Source: Octopus sinensis (lineage: Eukaryota). From it: DNA of 64,000 nucleotides. Positions 24,730 to 38,385 of this stretch are shown piece by piece; within the stretch, counting starts at the first letter, position 1, and every line of letters begins with the position of its first letter. The stretch is from contig NC_043009.1 of assembly GCF_006345805.1 (NCBI RefSeq), forward strand, positions 30,504,001 to 30,568,000, given 5' to 3'. Under the pieces are notes generated by a model. That model was not told where the DNA came from. It saw only the letters and a program-made list of their open reading frames with translations, and made no database searches. Made by a program: the position numbers and the translations under genes.

Positions 24730-25380
24730 CACACACACATTAAACTTTAAAAATCTTCAGCTTACTTTCATGAAGATTGTACTTAATTTCCATTCTGAAA
24801 CTCACCTCGTGTATTACATTATTTCTCGTCTACATCTAGCTTCTGTTTCCACAGTTTTTCCTACGCATCCTGCTGAGTAAAATGAAGCTCTTTGCTCATG
24901 AATGCAGCCTGATGTCTGGTTCGAGAATTGAACCCATGTCATTATGATCGTAAATAGGCCATTCAAACAATTAGTCAACAAGCCTTCTCACACGTGGATT
25001 ATCTACTAAAATTTCAACTTCAACAACTAACCTACCAATTAGAGAAAGGTAATTTTTTAAAATTACGTTATATAATTTACAGTCAACTTGTGCGAGTCCT
25101 TTTCATCAAAATTTCATACAGCAAATTAAGGGAAAAATGTTTCTTGGCGAATTTTCCGGACCTGATCTGCTATTGTTTAACTAACATCTCATTGTCTGAG
25201 CACCCTATAATTACGTGTATCCACAACAAAATCTTCACCCAGTATCTCTCACAAAATGCGTAACAACCATGAACTTTTTAAATTCAAGTCACCTAATGGG
25301 CTTCCTTGCAGTTTCTGTGAATTAATTTCCATTCGTGAGGCATGTGTTGAGCCAAAGCTACTGTAAAAATCCCTTATTTA

Positions 25381-26020
25381 AGACTAGCAGTATCGCCCGG
25401 CGTTGCTCGGGTTTGTAAGGGAAATAACTATATAAGCATTTTTAGAGAGTTATAGTCAAAAAATAGCAAAAAAAGCATTAAAAATGGAAAAAATATGATG
25501 GTAAATTTTTTTTTAAATCGTTGACTCATCGTAGACATTTTTAGAGAGTTCCTTCCCTTATATAATAGCGAAAAAATGCATTAAAATGGAAAAAAAACGA
25601 CGGTAATTTTTTTTTTAAATCGTAGACTCATGTAGACGCTTTCTTAGCCATTTCTGTTTTGGTGTCTTCAAGCCATGAAGTCGTTGTTCTAAACGAACGC
25701 TGGTCTCCTTGACAACGCATTACGACGTTGATTTCCTTACACTCTCTTCCCCACAGGTGCAGGTGTGAGCGTGGACGCCAACTCCGCCGCCATCGACACA
25801 CGAAAAATTATGCATTAAAATGGAATAAAAATGATGTTAAATTTTTTTTAAAATCGTAGACTCATCGTAGACGCGCGCTAATACTCAGACGGGCTCGATA
25901 TGAATCACGACTATAAGCTACCCGAATTTGTTAAACTGCACCGCAAAATGGGGAGTAGTTAGGAATCTAAATCGAAGGGGACAGACACTCACACAACTAC
26001 AGTTTTATATATATATAGAT
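25381..26020 (+). mobile_element. Non-autonomous Helentron/Helitron-type (HINE/DINE-like) element
   Basis: Starts ACTAGCAGTATCGCCCGGCGTTGCTCGGG and ends ..ACAGACACTCACACAACTACAGTTTTATATATATATAG. It has three internal ATGCATTAAAATGGAA..AAATCGTAGACTCATCGTAGAC repeats. Classification rests on terminal-motif resemblance. Confidence 0.6.
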
Positions 26021-26024
26021 ATAC

Positions 26025-26632
26025 ATAGCGCAGTAGTGGTGAGATGTGACAGCAAAGAAAAGCATACATTCACTCTCTGCATGCAATTAGACTCGGAAAG
26101 TTCGTGAGGAACCCATTGACCCAATTTGCTGACTTTTCCGATAGCACACAGGTCTCAATGAATGTTTGAATGACCAAATCCAAGCTTCTCTGCTAGTTCC
26201 TCAACAGTTACGATGAGATTTTGTTCCACCAGGGTTTTCAGGATGTCCTTGTCGAGTTCTACAGATCTTTCAGGATGAGGCTCGTCTTATAGGCTGTAGT
26301 TTATGGCTCGGAATTTCTGGAACCACCATTGACACTGCCTTACGTTTATTGTCCAATCCCCATATACTGCATTAATATTTTTTGTACTTTCCGTTGCGTT
26401 GTCGTCTTTATTGAACTCATAAAGCAAAATATGCCAAATATGCTCCTTTGTTACTTCCAACATAGCTTTGAAAAAATAGCTGTTAAAATCGAAATGCACT
26501 CTTCAAAACTTGCACTATGAATAAGGACAAGATAAAATTACTACCTGCTTTTATAGCAAGTTAATATAAGTAGTTTATCCCATTCCCCTCTGACTTTTAG
26601 TTCAAGCTGTTGAAAAAAACCGCATTATTATA
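26025..26632 (-). mobile_element. mariner transposon 5' relic (TIR-like end plus transposase HTH)
   Basis: From ATG at 26463: MLEVTKEHIWHILLYEFNK..NATESTKNINAVYGD..QWWFQKFRAINYSL, continuing with a frameshift to EPHPERSVELDKDILKTLVEQN..KLGQWVPHELSE (WVPHEL motif). TAATGCGGTTTTT TIR-like sequence at ~26610-26630. Confidence 0.9.
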
Positions 26633-26646
26633 TATATATACATACA

Positions 26647-26678
<32 letters not shown>

Positions 26679-26945
26679 CACACACACTCTCTCTCTCACA
26701 CACATGCAACACATTTATATTCTGTTATTCTTTTATATGTTTCAGCCTTGAGGTTGTGGCCATGCTGGATCATGTGTGTGGTGTGTCTATCTGTCTGTCT
26801 GTCTGTATGTATATATGTATATGTATGTGTGTGAACAATAATTTTTCAACAGATGTGTTGCAAATGTATCTGATTGTTCTCAAGCTTCAATACTGTGTGT
26901 GTGTGTATGTGTGTGTGTGTATGTATGTATGTATATGTATGTATG

Positions 26946-26976
<31 letters not shown>

Positions 26977-27007
26977 GTGTATGTATGTATGTGTGTGTAT
27001 GTATGTA

Positions 27008-27038
<31 letters not shown>

Positions 27039-27299
27039 ATGTATGTATGTATGTATGTATGAGTGTATGTTTACTTTATTACTAACACAAGCCACTACGG
27101 TTATTTAATGTATAGTCTTCCTCAAATCACTATCTCTGGCTATTTACTCTCTTCCAAGAACATTTTCACTCAAACTTATGTGTTAGCTTCCCATACATTT
27201 TACTCATGTATCTATCAGCGTGATAGAGAGAAACAAATATTACATCTAGTTTCACTTTTTTCGTTGCCCACTGTGTGTGTGCGTTTGCGTGTGGTGTAA

Positions 27300-27516
27300 A
27301 CCAGACTAATAAAAGCATTTGACACACACACCAGAATGTGAGTTTTCTGTAAATTTTGCTTAATTGGAGTTTAAATTTTAAAAACTGGACCTGGCATGAC
27401 GCGATGCATTGTACTCTTAAAAATGCTAGGTAAATTGTAATTGAAGAAATCCTATATTGTAGATTTGTATAACTCCCAAAGGGAGGCAGATAAAATCTGC
27501 CTTTTATAATAAGAGA
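27300..27516 (-). mobile_element. Helitron-like 5'-terminal fragment
   Basis: Minus strand begins ATCTCTTATTATAAAAGGCAGATTTTATCTGCCT, i.e. a TC start with a subterminal hairpin. Confidence 0.45.
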
Positions 27517-27721
27517 TGCTATGTTGGGAGATCAAACCCGTCATTACAAAATAAACTACCTGAATCTGCTTCTTTGTAGAATGTAACAACGTAATATAGC
27601 AATATAAAAGAATGTCAACTTCGCCTTTTGTCCTACCGAAGTTAATAAAATAGGTACCACCTTCATCTAAGAGCTTAAGGGCTTAACACCAAAATTTGAA
27701 ACCAGTATAATGTCAAATTAC

Positions 27722-27942
27722 AGTGGAGAGCTGATAGAATCATTAATATGTCAGGTGAAATGCTTAACGGCATTTCGTACGTCTTTACGTCCTAAAATCA
27801 AATTGCGCTGAGGTCAACGTTGCCATTCATCCTTTCGGGGCCGATAAAATAAGCTCCTGTTTAGCACTGGGGCCGATGTAATTGACTTGTTCTCTCCCAC
27901 AAAAATTGCTGGCTTGTACCAACATTTGAAGCTAATATATTG
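27722..27942 (+). mobile_element. SINE family B, diverged
   Basis: GAAATGCTTAACGGCATTTCG..GAGGTCAAC..GGGCCGATAAAATAAG. Confidence 0.75.
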
Positions 27943-28684
27943 CCAAATTATTTATATTTTTATGTAATATTTATTTTTAACAACATACTTGAAGTATTAT
28001 TTTATTATCAGAAATAATAAACTATGTCTGATATCGGCAATTGACTCCCCACATTTACATTGTTAAGTGGTTCTTGTTGAGAAAAATTAAATGATGTCTA
28101 GGAACAAATGTTTCAAATATTCTATTTCTCTCTCCCTCTCACCCTCCCTTTTCTTTCTCTTCTCTCTTTCCTTCGTCCTCCCCTTGTTTCTCCTCTTCCC
28201 ACAACTGCTTAATATAAACACGTATATAAACTCTGCAAAAATGTCTATACTAAACATACTCACAACACACATATAACCTCCCTCTCTTTCTCTCCACCTC
28301 CCGCCTTTGTATCTCACCGTTTCACTTTCTCATAGTCATACACAAACACACCCGTTCATACACGCAACACATATTTTACACTGCAATCATATTTATGCTG
28401 ATCTAATGAGTTGGAGATTATCCCAGTTTGCACAGCATGAAATTAAATGGTAAATATGCTTTCGCACCTCTTAACTGTAGAGAGGTTTTCTTCCTCTATC
28501 TGAGTATGACACCTCATTAAACATACAAAGTATCCATTAGATCTAGGAGAATACCTTATAAGATTCACTGAGATTTTTGGTCCTCTTACATAATAGCATT
28601 ATACTGCAATATGTGTATGCAGCTACATATATATACATATATAAATTGTATATACATCTATTTACATACACTTATACATACATG

Positions 28685-28759
<75 letters not shown>

Positions 28760-28762
<3 letters not shown>

Positions 28763-28945
28763 AAGTTAATTCAAACAAGAAAACACAGAAAAAAAGAGAA
28801 AAAAACACAGCAACGCAGGACGTGGAACAATTAAAGTATTATTGACGCTCAGGAAAGAAGGGAAGGAGGGTTTAACGTTTCGAGCGGAGCTCTTCGTCGG
28901 AAACAAGGAGAAGGAAAGATCCCCAGGAGGGAAGACAGAGGAGAA
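28760..28945 (-). mobile_element. Family D repeat, hammerhead with core mutation
   Basis: Minus strand 28870-28904 reads GTTT-CCGACGA-A-GAGC(TCC)GCTC-GAAA-CGT-T-AAAC. U4 is replaced by C. Confidence 0.8.
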
Positions 28946-30144
28946 AATATTTGAGCTGGTGGTGCTCAAGAGATCACATGTATATATATATACAAATATC
29001 CGTCAAATGTAAATAATGTAGTATATTAATATTTCTAATACGTTAATTGGATCAGTACAGATGCCTAAGGTCTTGGTATTTTTAACTGTATTACGCAGAA
29101 AGCAGTTGCTCTAAAGCATTTATGGTCTCGTAAATCGTGAATTCCCTCACTGAAGGCAGTAATTTTGAAAGATACTACGGAATATGGATGAGCTGAAGAA
29201 TAATAATCAAATATTAATACTGAAACCATGAGGCTATTATCGTAGTGAGAGTAGCCTGTGTATACTGGGAAGGTTTTCCTGTTTCAACTGCAGAGGAAAG
29301 TAAATTGATGCTCATCTGTATTCTATGTAGGGGACAGATGATGTTTAAGTGGGAAAATAAAAAGAGGGCAAACTTCAGTTAGCAAAGTTATGTGAGAGAT
29401 GCATCTCATTCTCTTTCCTCGTATAGTGAAATAAAATTAACAATGTACATAGAGATAGGGAGTACGCATAGTGGAAAGAGATAACGAGATTATTGGATAA
29501 AGACACTACGCACTAATCTCAATAAAACCAACAATCTATGTTTAAATTTGATGAAATAAATTCTGAAATCTAAAGTTCCATGCATAGTTAAATGAAATCA
29601 ATAAAATAATGTTCAACTCGGACTGCTGCCCTTATTGTTTTTGTCCATATTACGCAAATGAATGCCAGTAGAATGACTGTCTCTAAGAATTCCCATTGGA
29701 TTCTTAAAGAATTTAATTACATCATCCTACATTCTCTGCTCAAATAATTCCATGGTCAATTTACTGTTTTACTTTCAAGATTTAATAAGATACGAATCAA
29801 TAATAAACTGGCTTCAATTCAATTGATTATACAATCACATGTTCAAATTATACACCCACATACACCGCTTTGCACGTACATGTACGACGTATGCAAACAT
29901 GTACAAAGTATTCTCACATGTACAAATTATAATCGTATGTACATATAACCACACGTACATATATATACCACATGTAATTATACGCCCTAATATACACATG
30001 ATAACCACACATGCGCATGATATATACCCAAATGTACATATATTCCTGCGTAAATATTCGCAATCTACATAGTAGATCAAAAACATCAAAACATCAGAAA
30101 CAGGTAAACATGATAGTGATATGTGCTAATAAATAATACTACCT

Positions 30145-30350
30145 TTTACTATAGGCACACGGCCTGAATTTTGGAGGTGGGAATAAGTCGATTAGATCGA
30201 CCCCAGTACTCAACTGGTACTTAATTTATCGATCCCGAAAGGATGAAAAAGAAAGTCGAATTCGGTGAAATTTGAAATCAGAACGTAGCGACGGGCGAAA
30301 TACCGCTAAGCATTTCGTCCAGCGTGCTAAGGATTCTGCCAGCCTGCTGC
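30145..30350 (-). mobile_element. SINE family B
   Basis: Reverse complement of the family B consensus along its full length. Confidence 0.85.
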
Positions 30351-30924
30351 TATTGTGAACACATAATACAGACACTTAAGACATGATGCGACATGTACAT
30401 AATGTACAAATTAAGAACTAGCTAGCACACTTCATACCTGTACCTAAGCAAGTATGCACCGACATCTACAAATTATACGCACAATTACAAGTTATTTACA
30501 CGTATTCACAATATACCTACATGTACATATGAAAGAGTGTATAAAACTACATGCAAAATGTACTACCTTATTCAAATGAACACACTATATATATCTACTT
30601 ATAAAAAATGAATATACATGTAGAATTTTAAGCCCTCATTCAATGCCAGAAAATATTATTAACAATTTAGACTATCTTTAAAATGTTTTACATCATGAAA
30701 AATTATAGGAAGTCTAGTAACCCCACTAAGCTCAAAACAATATTTACTCCAAAGTTAAAGAATGAGAAGATTAAAAGAGAATGGAATGGATAAAAAAACT
30801 ATTTCTTCCTAAGTATCTTACATGTTGGCTACGTGAACTCTGAGTAACAGCAAGTTGCGTTGCATTTGTGTCTTGTTATGATGTTTCAGTCATGGCTTGG
30901 CTACGATATTAGTTCAGCAAATGA

Positions 30925-31372
30925 AGGCAGCGAGCTGGCAGAATCGTTTGCATGCCGGACGAAATATTTAGCGGCATTTCGTCCGTCTTGATTATTTTGA
31001 ATTCAAGTTCAGCTGAGGTCGACTTTGCCTCTCGTCCTTTCGAGATCGATAAAATAAGAGCCAGTTGAGCATTGGGGTCGATCTAATTAACATATCCCTC
31101 CTCCATAATTGCTGGTCTTGTATCATAATTTGAAACATAATAATAATTATTATTAAGGCACTCAGTTGGCAGAATCGTTAGAGCGCCGGATTAAATGCCT
31201 AGCAGCATTTCGTCCGTCTCTACTTTGGAATTCAAATTTCGCCGAGGTCAATCTTGGCTTTAATTCTGTCGAGGTCGATAAATAAAATACCAGTTGAGCA
31301 CTGGGGTCGATGTAATCGACTAGCGCCCTTCCCCTAAATTTCAGGTCTCGTGCCTATAGTAGAAAGGATATT
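30925..31372 (+). mobile_element. Two head-to-tail family B SINE copies
   Basis: Heads AAGGCAGCGAGCTGGCAGAATCG (~30925) and AAGGCACTCAGTTGGCAGAATCG (~31155). Confidence 0.85.
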
Positions 31373-31740
31373 AGTTCAGCAGATTAACAGTGCCGAATGG
31401 TTTAGAATACCTGTTTACATTCATGAAGTCCTTAGTTCCATCCCATTTTATGGTATCTCGGAAATGTGTCTTTTACAAGAGGATCATTTCGACTTAATCG
31501 TTGCGAGTGAATCTAAATGAGGGGAAACTTCATTGAAGCCCATCTGATTAATTGAAACTTGTAAATTCAAAGGTGAGCCATATCACACTATATCACAGTA
31601 AGTTCGACTGAAGATTACAATAAGGGGACACATGAGGTTGGGTATTCAGCCAGTAACATACCAATTGAATGAGTAGGTATCCTATTAGAGTAAAAAGCTG
31701 AATAGCGCTCGTCGATACTGACGGATGTCGATTACTTTCC

Positions 31741-31929
31741 ACAGGCGTGGCTATGTGGTAAGTATAGGCGCAGGTGTGGGTGTGTGATAAGTAGTTTGCT
31801 GACCAACCACATGGTTCCGGGTTCGGTCCCAATGCGTGGCACCTTGGGCAAGTGTCTTCTACTATAGCCTCGGGCCGACCAAAGCCTTGTGAGTGGATTT
31901 GGTAATCGGAAACTGAAAGAAGCCCATCG

Positions 31930-31981
<52 letters not shown>

Positions 31982-32175
31982 TCCTCCTAACATCGCTTGA
32001 CAACCGATGCCTCTGTGTCTACGTCCCCGTAATTTAGCGGTTCGGCAAAAGAGACCGATAGGATAAGTACTCGGCTTACAAAGAACAAGTTCTGAGGGTA
32101 GATTTGTTCGACTAAAAGCGGTGCTCCAGCATGGCCGCAGTCAACTGACTGAAACAAATAAAAGAAAGTAAAGGA
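31741..32175 (+). mobile_element. SINE family A, full length, with duplicated 5' start
   Basis: AGGCGTGGCTATGTGGTAAGTA is immediately followed by AGGCGCAGGTGTGGGTGTGTGATAAGTAG, then the rest of family A. Confidence 0.9.
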
Positions 32176-33295
32176 ATGTAATCACTAAACTATATTATGT
32201 AACATCGTTTTTGTACTTGGCTTGCAAAATTCTTGATGTGAATTCATGATCTGAAAGAAACCTTATGTCTTGGGGTGTGCCATGCTATACCCAGTACATT
32301 AAACAAACAATCGATCAGTGAGATATTTAACCAATTCACTGACAATGGAGTGATATCGAGCCAGTACAAGTGTTATATTTTGCGTAATAACCCTCTGAAG
32401 ACGCATTAATATTTTCAAATTTCTTCAAAACTTCTAACGAAGATTAACATAAGAATGTTGAAGCTATTTTTCTTTAACGGCAGATATTTTGCAGAAACAT
32501 TAGCAGACTTGTCAGTATGATCCCAAACTAAAACTGACAGGACACAGCAGCAATGCCTTAAACTTTTATTTTAGCAAAACTATTTTCCTGTTGTCACCTC
32601 TGTCTGCTTCATAGATTTCTCATTAAAAGAATGGCTACAAATGCAAAGGAATTATGCTGGACAAGGTTTGGGAAATGCAAAGTATTTTTAGATGAAGTAG
32701 AATTTTATAGATTTTACAGTAAAATCAATGATTTCTAAGTTGGTTGTAGAGAGAGAATTCCACCAGCACTAGAGAGAAAAAAATTAAAGTGATTGAGTGG
32801 ATTCAAAGTGAAGCCCATAAAGGAGAGTTTTAAATATGCAACGATGAAGGAGCAGAGTAAAAGGGGTTGTAAATCCATTAGATAACATTCAACGTTCATG
32901 CAAAACGTTGCAACCTATTATCATACTCTGTTCACAGACATTCTGTTTGGTTAAGCATAAAATTACCATTTTCTTTGTGGACAGTAGAAGAATGAATGTA
33001 TTTGCAGGTAGTCTCAATAGTGTTCGGCATCAGTAGAGGTTAAGATACTCCGTTGAAATTAATGAGATCTGCAGTTCATTGATAATGGACATGATATAAT
33101 ACATGAGATCTATGTTGATTAATAGATAAGGATTTGTGAATACAAAAGGATTCATTTTCATCAGGTTATTGCGATTGTGAGAGGCCATCAAATATTTTAA
33201 TTAGATAAAACCATTGTAACCTATTTACTGTGTATATGCGTATATATATACATGCATACACATACACACAGACACATATATAACCTGTGTGTCTG

Positions 33296-33326
<31 letters not shown>

Positions 33327-33394
33327 TATATATATATACATATATATGTGTATGTATGTATTATGTATGTATGTTTGTATTATCAACAATGATT

Positions 33395-33770
33395 ATTGAG
33401 TGAGAGAGCAGTCCTTCTAAGTGACGCTGGTGTATATATTTACGTAGCCCAATATAGCCATCATGACTACCCGTCTGGTATGGATACGCCAGGGATGTGT
33501 ATCATAGCCATATATGCGCGGCATGGTGACCTCATTTACGCGCATGCCATTACAGGTGGGACCCATTAGAATTCATTAGAATTCATTCTTGTTCATGTCA
33601 GTTAGCCCATCCCAGTCAAAACGATCCTGAGTAAAGTTTGTTTAAGGATGATGAACAAAACACCTAAGTTTTCAGAGATGAACTTCTCAAATCCTAAAGA
33701 ATCCCTGTGAGGCTACCCTACTACTCCTGCTCGTTGTGCACTGGGTCCACCTTGTTGTGCTCGAGGACCT
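33395..33770 (-). mobile_element. Retroposon 3'-UTR-like repeat
   Basis: Non-coding, GC-balanced block ending on the minus strand in CTCTCTCACTCAATAATCATT. It abuts the tail of the RLE-LINE next to it. Confidence 0.4.
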
Positions 33771-34030
33771 CTTCTTCTTCTTGACTTTGCACAGCTTCTA
33801 GCGCTGGAGATGTACTACAGTGTCAGCTGTTTACTAACAGTGAACTAAGGTAACACCTCTTATTTTTCGAGCACCTTCCAGAGCATTCGAGCGGTTCCAA
33901 GCAGTGCTGTTTTCTGCAAGTGCTCCACCCTCATTGCAGCCCCTATTTCTTCCACTTACTTCTCGAGATTTTTACTTCCTGTTCCCAGGACTCCGACAAT
34001 TATTGGTACTACTACCACCTTTTTCATCTG
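33771..34030 (-). mobile_element. R4/Dong-type RLE-LINE extreme 3' end
   Basis: Minus translation KKVVVVPIIVGVLGTGSKNLEK*VEEIGAAMRVEHLQKTALLGTARMLWKVLEK* (stop at 33860-33862), a short 3' UTR and an (AAG)n tail. Confidence 0.8.
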
Positions 34031-34250
34031 TCATACCCATCGACTTCATTATTATTACTAATTTATGAAGCTTGTCGAAACTCTTCAAACAGGTAAATAA
34101 ACAAGACGAAATAGCGCGATGCGATTTGTAATAATGGAAAATGAATTTGCTTATCAAAATGAACGAATTGAACAATACTTTAAGAGATTCTGTTTTCCAC
34201 GTGTTCAAAATGTAAACTGAAAAGAACGTAGAAATCGCATCTCACTTTCT

Positions 34251-34302
<52 letters not shown>

Positions 34303-34509
34303 TTTTTTTTTCTTCTTTCAAATTTTCTTCCATTTCTTGCCGAGTGTCTTCCCGACTCCTAGGGCAAAGAAACTCATAGTGTATATTGGTAGGCCATTAA
34401 ACCAAACTCAGTAGTTCGTTCATTTTTTTTTTTTTTTAAAGTTAAATTAAAATACATGAGCAGCAACAGTTCTCACATCGACAATGCTCTTCTCAATACG
34501 TGTGATGTA

Positions 34510-34752
34510 CCAGCCTGTCGTATATATGTATATATATATATATATAAGTGTGTGTGTATATGTTTGTGTGTCTGTGTTTGTCCCCCTAGCATTGCTTGAC
34601 AACCGATGCTGGTGTGTTTACGTCCCCGTCACTTAGCGGTTCGGCAAAAGAGACCGATAAAATAAGTACTGGGCTTACAAAGAATAAGTCCCGAGGTCGA
34701 TTTGCTCGACTAAATGCGGTGTTCCAGCATGGCCGCAGTCAAATGACTGAAT
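34510..34752 (+). mobile_element. SINE family A, 3' half
   Basis: Nearly identical to the inverted copy at 35220-35440; both strands give the same MTTDAGVFTSPSLSG.. pseudo-ORF. Confidence 0.9.
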
Positions 34753-34902
34753 ATTATTATTATTATTATTATTATCATCATTATTATTATTATTATTATT
34801 ATTACAAGTTTCTGCTGCACCCATCTGTGGCAAGTCCGTATTGCGTGCGTAGGTGCTTCTGGTAAAATGATCTTCTTTTACGCTGCTTTTGAATTATTGG
34901 TT

Positions 34903-35038
34903 GCATTCCGGGTGGAATGATTAGCAGCAGTTCGTCCGTTTTTACGTTCTGAGTTCAAATTCCGCCGAGATCGACCTTAGCCTTTTATCATTTTGGGATC
35001 GATGAAATAAGTACCAGCTGAATGCTAAGGTCGATGCT
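34903..35038 (+). mobile_element. SINE family B fragment
   Basis: TTACGTTCTGAGTTCAAATTCCGCCGAGATCGAC. Confidence 0.8.
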
Positions 35039-35204
35039 CCTGGGCCTTGCGTCACCATATGAGACCTGTATCGTTATTATATCTTTGGCTATAAAACATG
35101 CACGGACACATACACACACACGCTCAAATCTTTTGTGATGTACCTTCCTTAATGTGTTCTTCATATAAACCTTTGCAGTTAATAATGAAACCCTTACTCT
35201 CTCT

Positions 35205-35612
35205 TTACTCTTTTTGCTTGTTTCAGTCATTTGACTGCGGCCATGCTGGAGCACCGCATTTAGTCGAGCAAATCGACCTCGGGACTTATTCTTTGTAAGC
35301 CCAGTACTTAGTTTATCGGTCTCTTTTGCCGAACCGCTAAGTGACGGGGACGTAAACACACCAGCATCGGTTGTCAAGCAATGCTAGGGGGACAAACACA
35401 GACACAAACATATACACACACACTTATATATATATATATACATATATACGACAGGCTTCTTTCAGTTTCCGTCTACCAAATCCACTCACAAGGCTTTGGT
35501 CGGCCCGGTGCTATAGCAGAAGACACTTGCCCAAGATGGCACGCAGTGGGACTGAACCCGGAACCATGTGGTTGGTTAGCAAGCTACTTACCACACAGCC
35601 ACTCCTGCGCCT
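35205..35612 (-). mobile_element. SINE family A, full length
   Basis: Complete head, core, microsatellite and tail on the minus strand. Confidence 0.92.
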
Positions 35613-36040
35613 ATTATTATTATAATTGTTGTTCTTTTGGTCACTATTGTTATCAACATTCCAAATTTTTTTATTATCAGATGTATCATTGTCATCATTA
35701 TAATTTTTGATATTTTCTCGTCATTGCAGCACCTGTTAAACATTTCCGGTTTCCTCCCCCACCTCTAATTCCTCTTCCTCCCCTTTCTTCCGTTATATTC
35801 AAACTCTAACCCTTCTATTTCCTCTTCTAACATAAACGCCACCTGGTCCCTTTTTGCTTCATATTTACAGCAGATCATTTGAACAACACTGCTCCTTTGC
35901 TGTAAATTTATATTTTACAAACATTGTTTTTATTCATAAATGTTATGGCAAAATAACGTGTATGATATCTGTCTATCCACTTATCTGTTTGTCTATACAC
36001 GCACACACACATATATCAACATATATAAACATAAACACCC

Positions 36041-36093
<53 letters not shown>

Positions 36094-37515
36094 TGCATAT
36101 GAATATGCGCATGTGTGCCTCTGTGTATGTGTGTGCGAGAGAGAGAGAGGTAGTATGTATGCACATTTGTATGTATGAGTAAATTGTTTCAACCACACAA
36201 TGTGATTTTCAGCTGCGCAGCTGGAAAAATACGCTTCCACATATACGGTTACCAGTAAATAGATATACAGACACCTGAAATTTAAAGAATTTACCATATT
36301 TAATACAAAGATAAATTCTGAAATATATCTCGCATTTTATACTGAAGGAAACACAAACAGAAGTTGTAAAAATATTTTCACATACCTCTTCATCGGTCTC
36401 TTTGCATGTTTTGCGACATATATTACATATATATTCACTACACACACACTCATGACTTCGGAAAAAAGAGCACACACTAAAAACACGTCTTTGAGCAGCA
36501 ATATTTTATGTAATCTTTGGTTATCGTAAGTCAGAAGGTAACCATTACTTTCACGTTTAGAATTGCTCTTAGCAGTACAGGCGACTACTCAGATCCGATG
36601 ACCGGTAGAATATAGCTTGTTTAGGCTGTGAAAAGATACCCTGAAATGAAATATGTCGAAGACAAAACCCCTTCGGGTGAGATGTAGTTGTCTGTCTTTG
36701 AACGGTTCCAGTTGTGCCTGAGAGATTTAGTTTATGTACGATTTCCCTTCATTAATTAGGAAACGCAGAAGTCTATTAGTGAAGAGGTCATGTGACTTCG
36801 ACCAGCGAGTCTAATGAGTTGCCTATATTACTAAACGCAATAATAGATTTGCAACCAATGATAACTATCTGACCGGGAATAACCACTGGCCACATAGATA
36901 TGGATATGTATTAGTGTGTCTGTGTTTGTGTGCATGTATGTATTTTGTATATTATATATATACATATATTTGTGTGTGCCTGTATATATATATATACATA
37001 TATATACATACATACAATGTGTGTGTGCATGTGTGTATGCATGCATGTATGTACGATGTATATATCAAAATACTTGATGAGAGCTACTAAAACCAAGTGT
37101 TTCTCAATCACAAATAAATATATGTAGAAATAGGCCAATGCGATTGTCTCTAGATGGTTGCACGTTCCAGAAGGAATAGCAGATACCGTAGTGTTTGACA
37201 AAAATTAAAATGACAATCTTAGGTACCAAAAGTTAACGGACAGGTCGGAATTTGCATACATTGGATTGAATGATATCTCTTAGCTCATGTTTTACGATTG
37301 AACCACCGATATAAGAGACAGCGATAAAATTAGGTGGCTATCCTGTCAGGCACAGTAAAGATTCTTATATTTGTTTGCGTCTTTCTCTTTTAACAAAAAG
37401 TCATTTGTATGCTGTTGTCTCAATATCGTTAGAAAAATAGATTCATTTCATGTTTAAGTTTATATCTAGTCTGAATTTGTGAATGGTTTATTCCTCATTG
37501 TTAATGGTATATTAA

Positions 37516-37872
37516 GAAGGTGAGCTGGCAGAATCGTTAGGGCGCCGGGGAAAATGCTTAGCAGAGTTTCGTCATTCTTTACGTTCTAGATTCAAATTCC
37601 GCCGAGGTCGACATTGCCTTTCAGTTTTGGGGGGTATCGATAAATTAAGTACCAGTGAAGAACTGGGGTCAATGTAATCGACTTGTCTCCTCCCCTAAAA
37701 TTTCAGGCCTTGTGCCTTTCGTAGAAAGGATTATTAATGCCATATCAAGGGAACGAGGTGGCAGAATCGTTAGGTCTACAGAAAAATGTTTAACGGCATT
37801 TCATCCCCCTCTGTGTTTTGCGTTCAAATTCGGGCGATATTGACTTTACCTTTCCTCATTTTGGGCCCGAGG
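37516..37872 (+). mobile_element. Two head-to-tail family B SINE copies (second truncated)
   Basis: Heads GGTGAGCTGGCAGAATCGTTAG and GAGGTGGCAGAATCGTTAG. Confidence 0.85.
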
Positions 37873-37930
37873 ATAGAAATTCCAGTCAAGCTAGATGAAA
37901 CTAGATGAAATAAAATTTTAAAATATATAT

Positions 37931-38385
37931 AGGCGTAGCAGGGGCTGTGTGGTAAGTAGCTTGTTTACCAACCACATGGTTCCGGGTTCAGTCCCACTGC
38001 GTGGCACCTTGGGAAAGTGTCTTCTACTATAGCTTCGGGTCGACCAAAGCCTTGTGAGTGGATTTGGTAGACGGAAACTGAAAGAAGCCCGTCGTATATA
38101 TATATCTATATATATATATATATATGTATTATGTATATATATATGTATATATATGTATATATATGCGTGTGTGTGTTTGTATGTCTGTGTTTGTCCCCCT
38201 ACCATTGCTTGACAACCGATGCTGGTGTGTTAATGTCCCCGTTACTTAGCGGTTCGGCAAATGAGACCGATAGAATAAGTACTGGGCTTACATAGAATAA
38301 GTCCCGGGGTCGATTTGTTCGACTAAAGGCGGTGCTCCAGCATGGTCGCAGTCAAATGACTGAAACAGGTAAAAGTGTAAAAGTG
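37931..38385 (+). mobile_element. SINE family A, full length
   Basis: AGGCGTAGCAGGGGCTGTGTGGTAAG through GTCAAATGACTGAAACAGG(TAAAAGTG)2. Confidence 0.92.
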
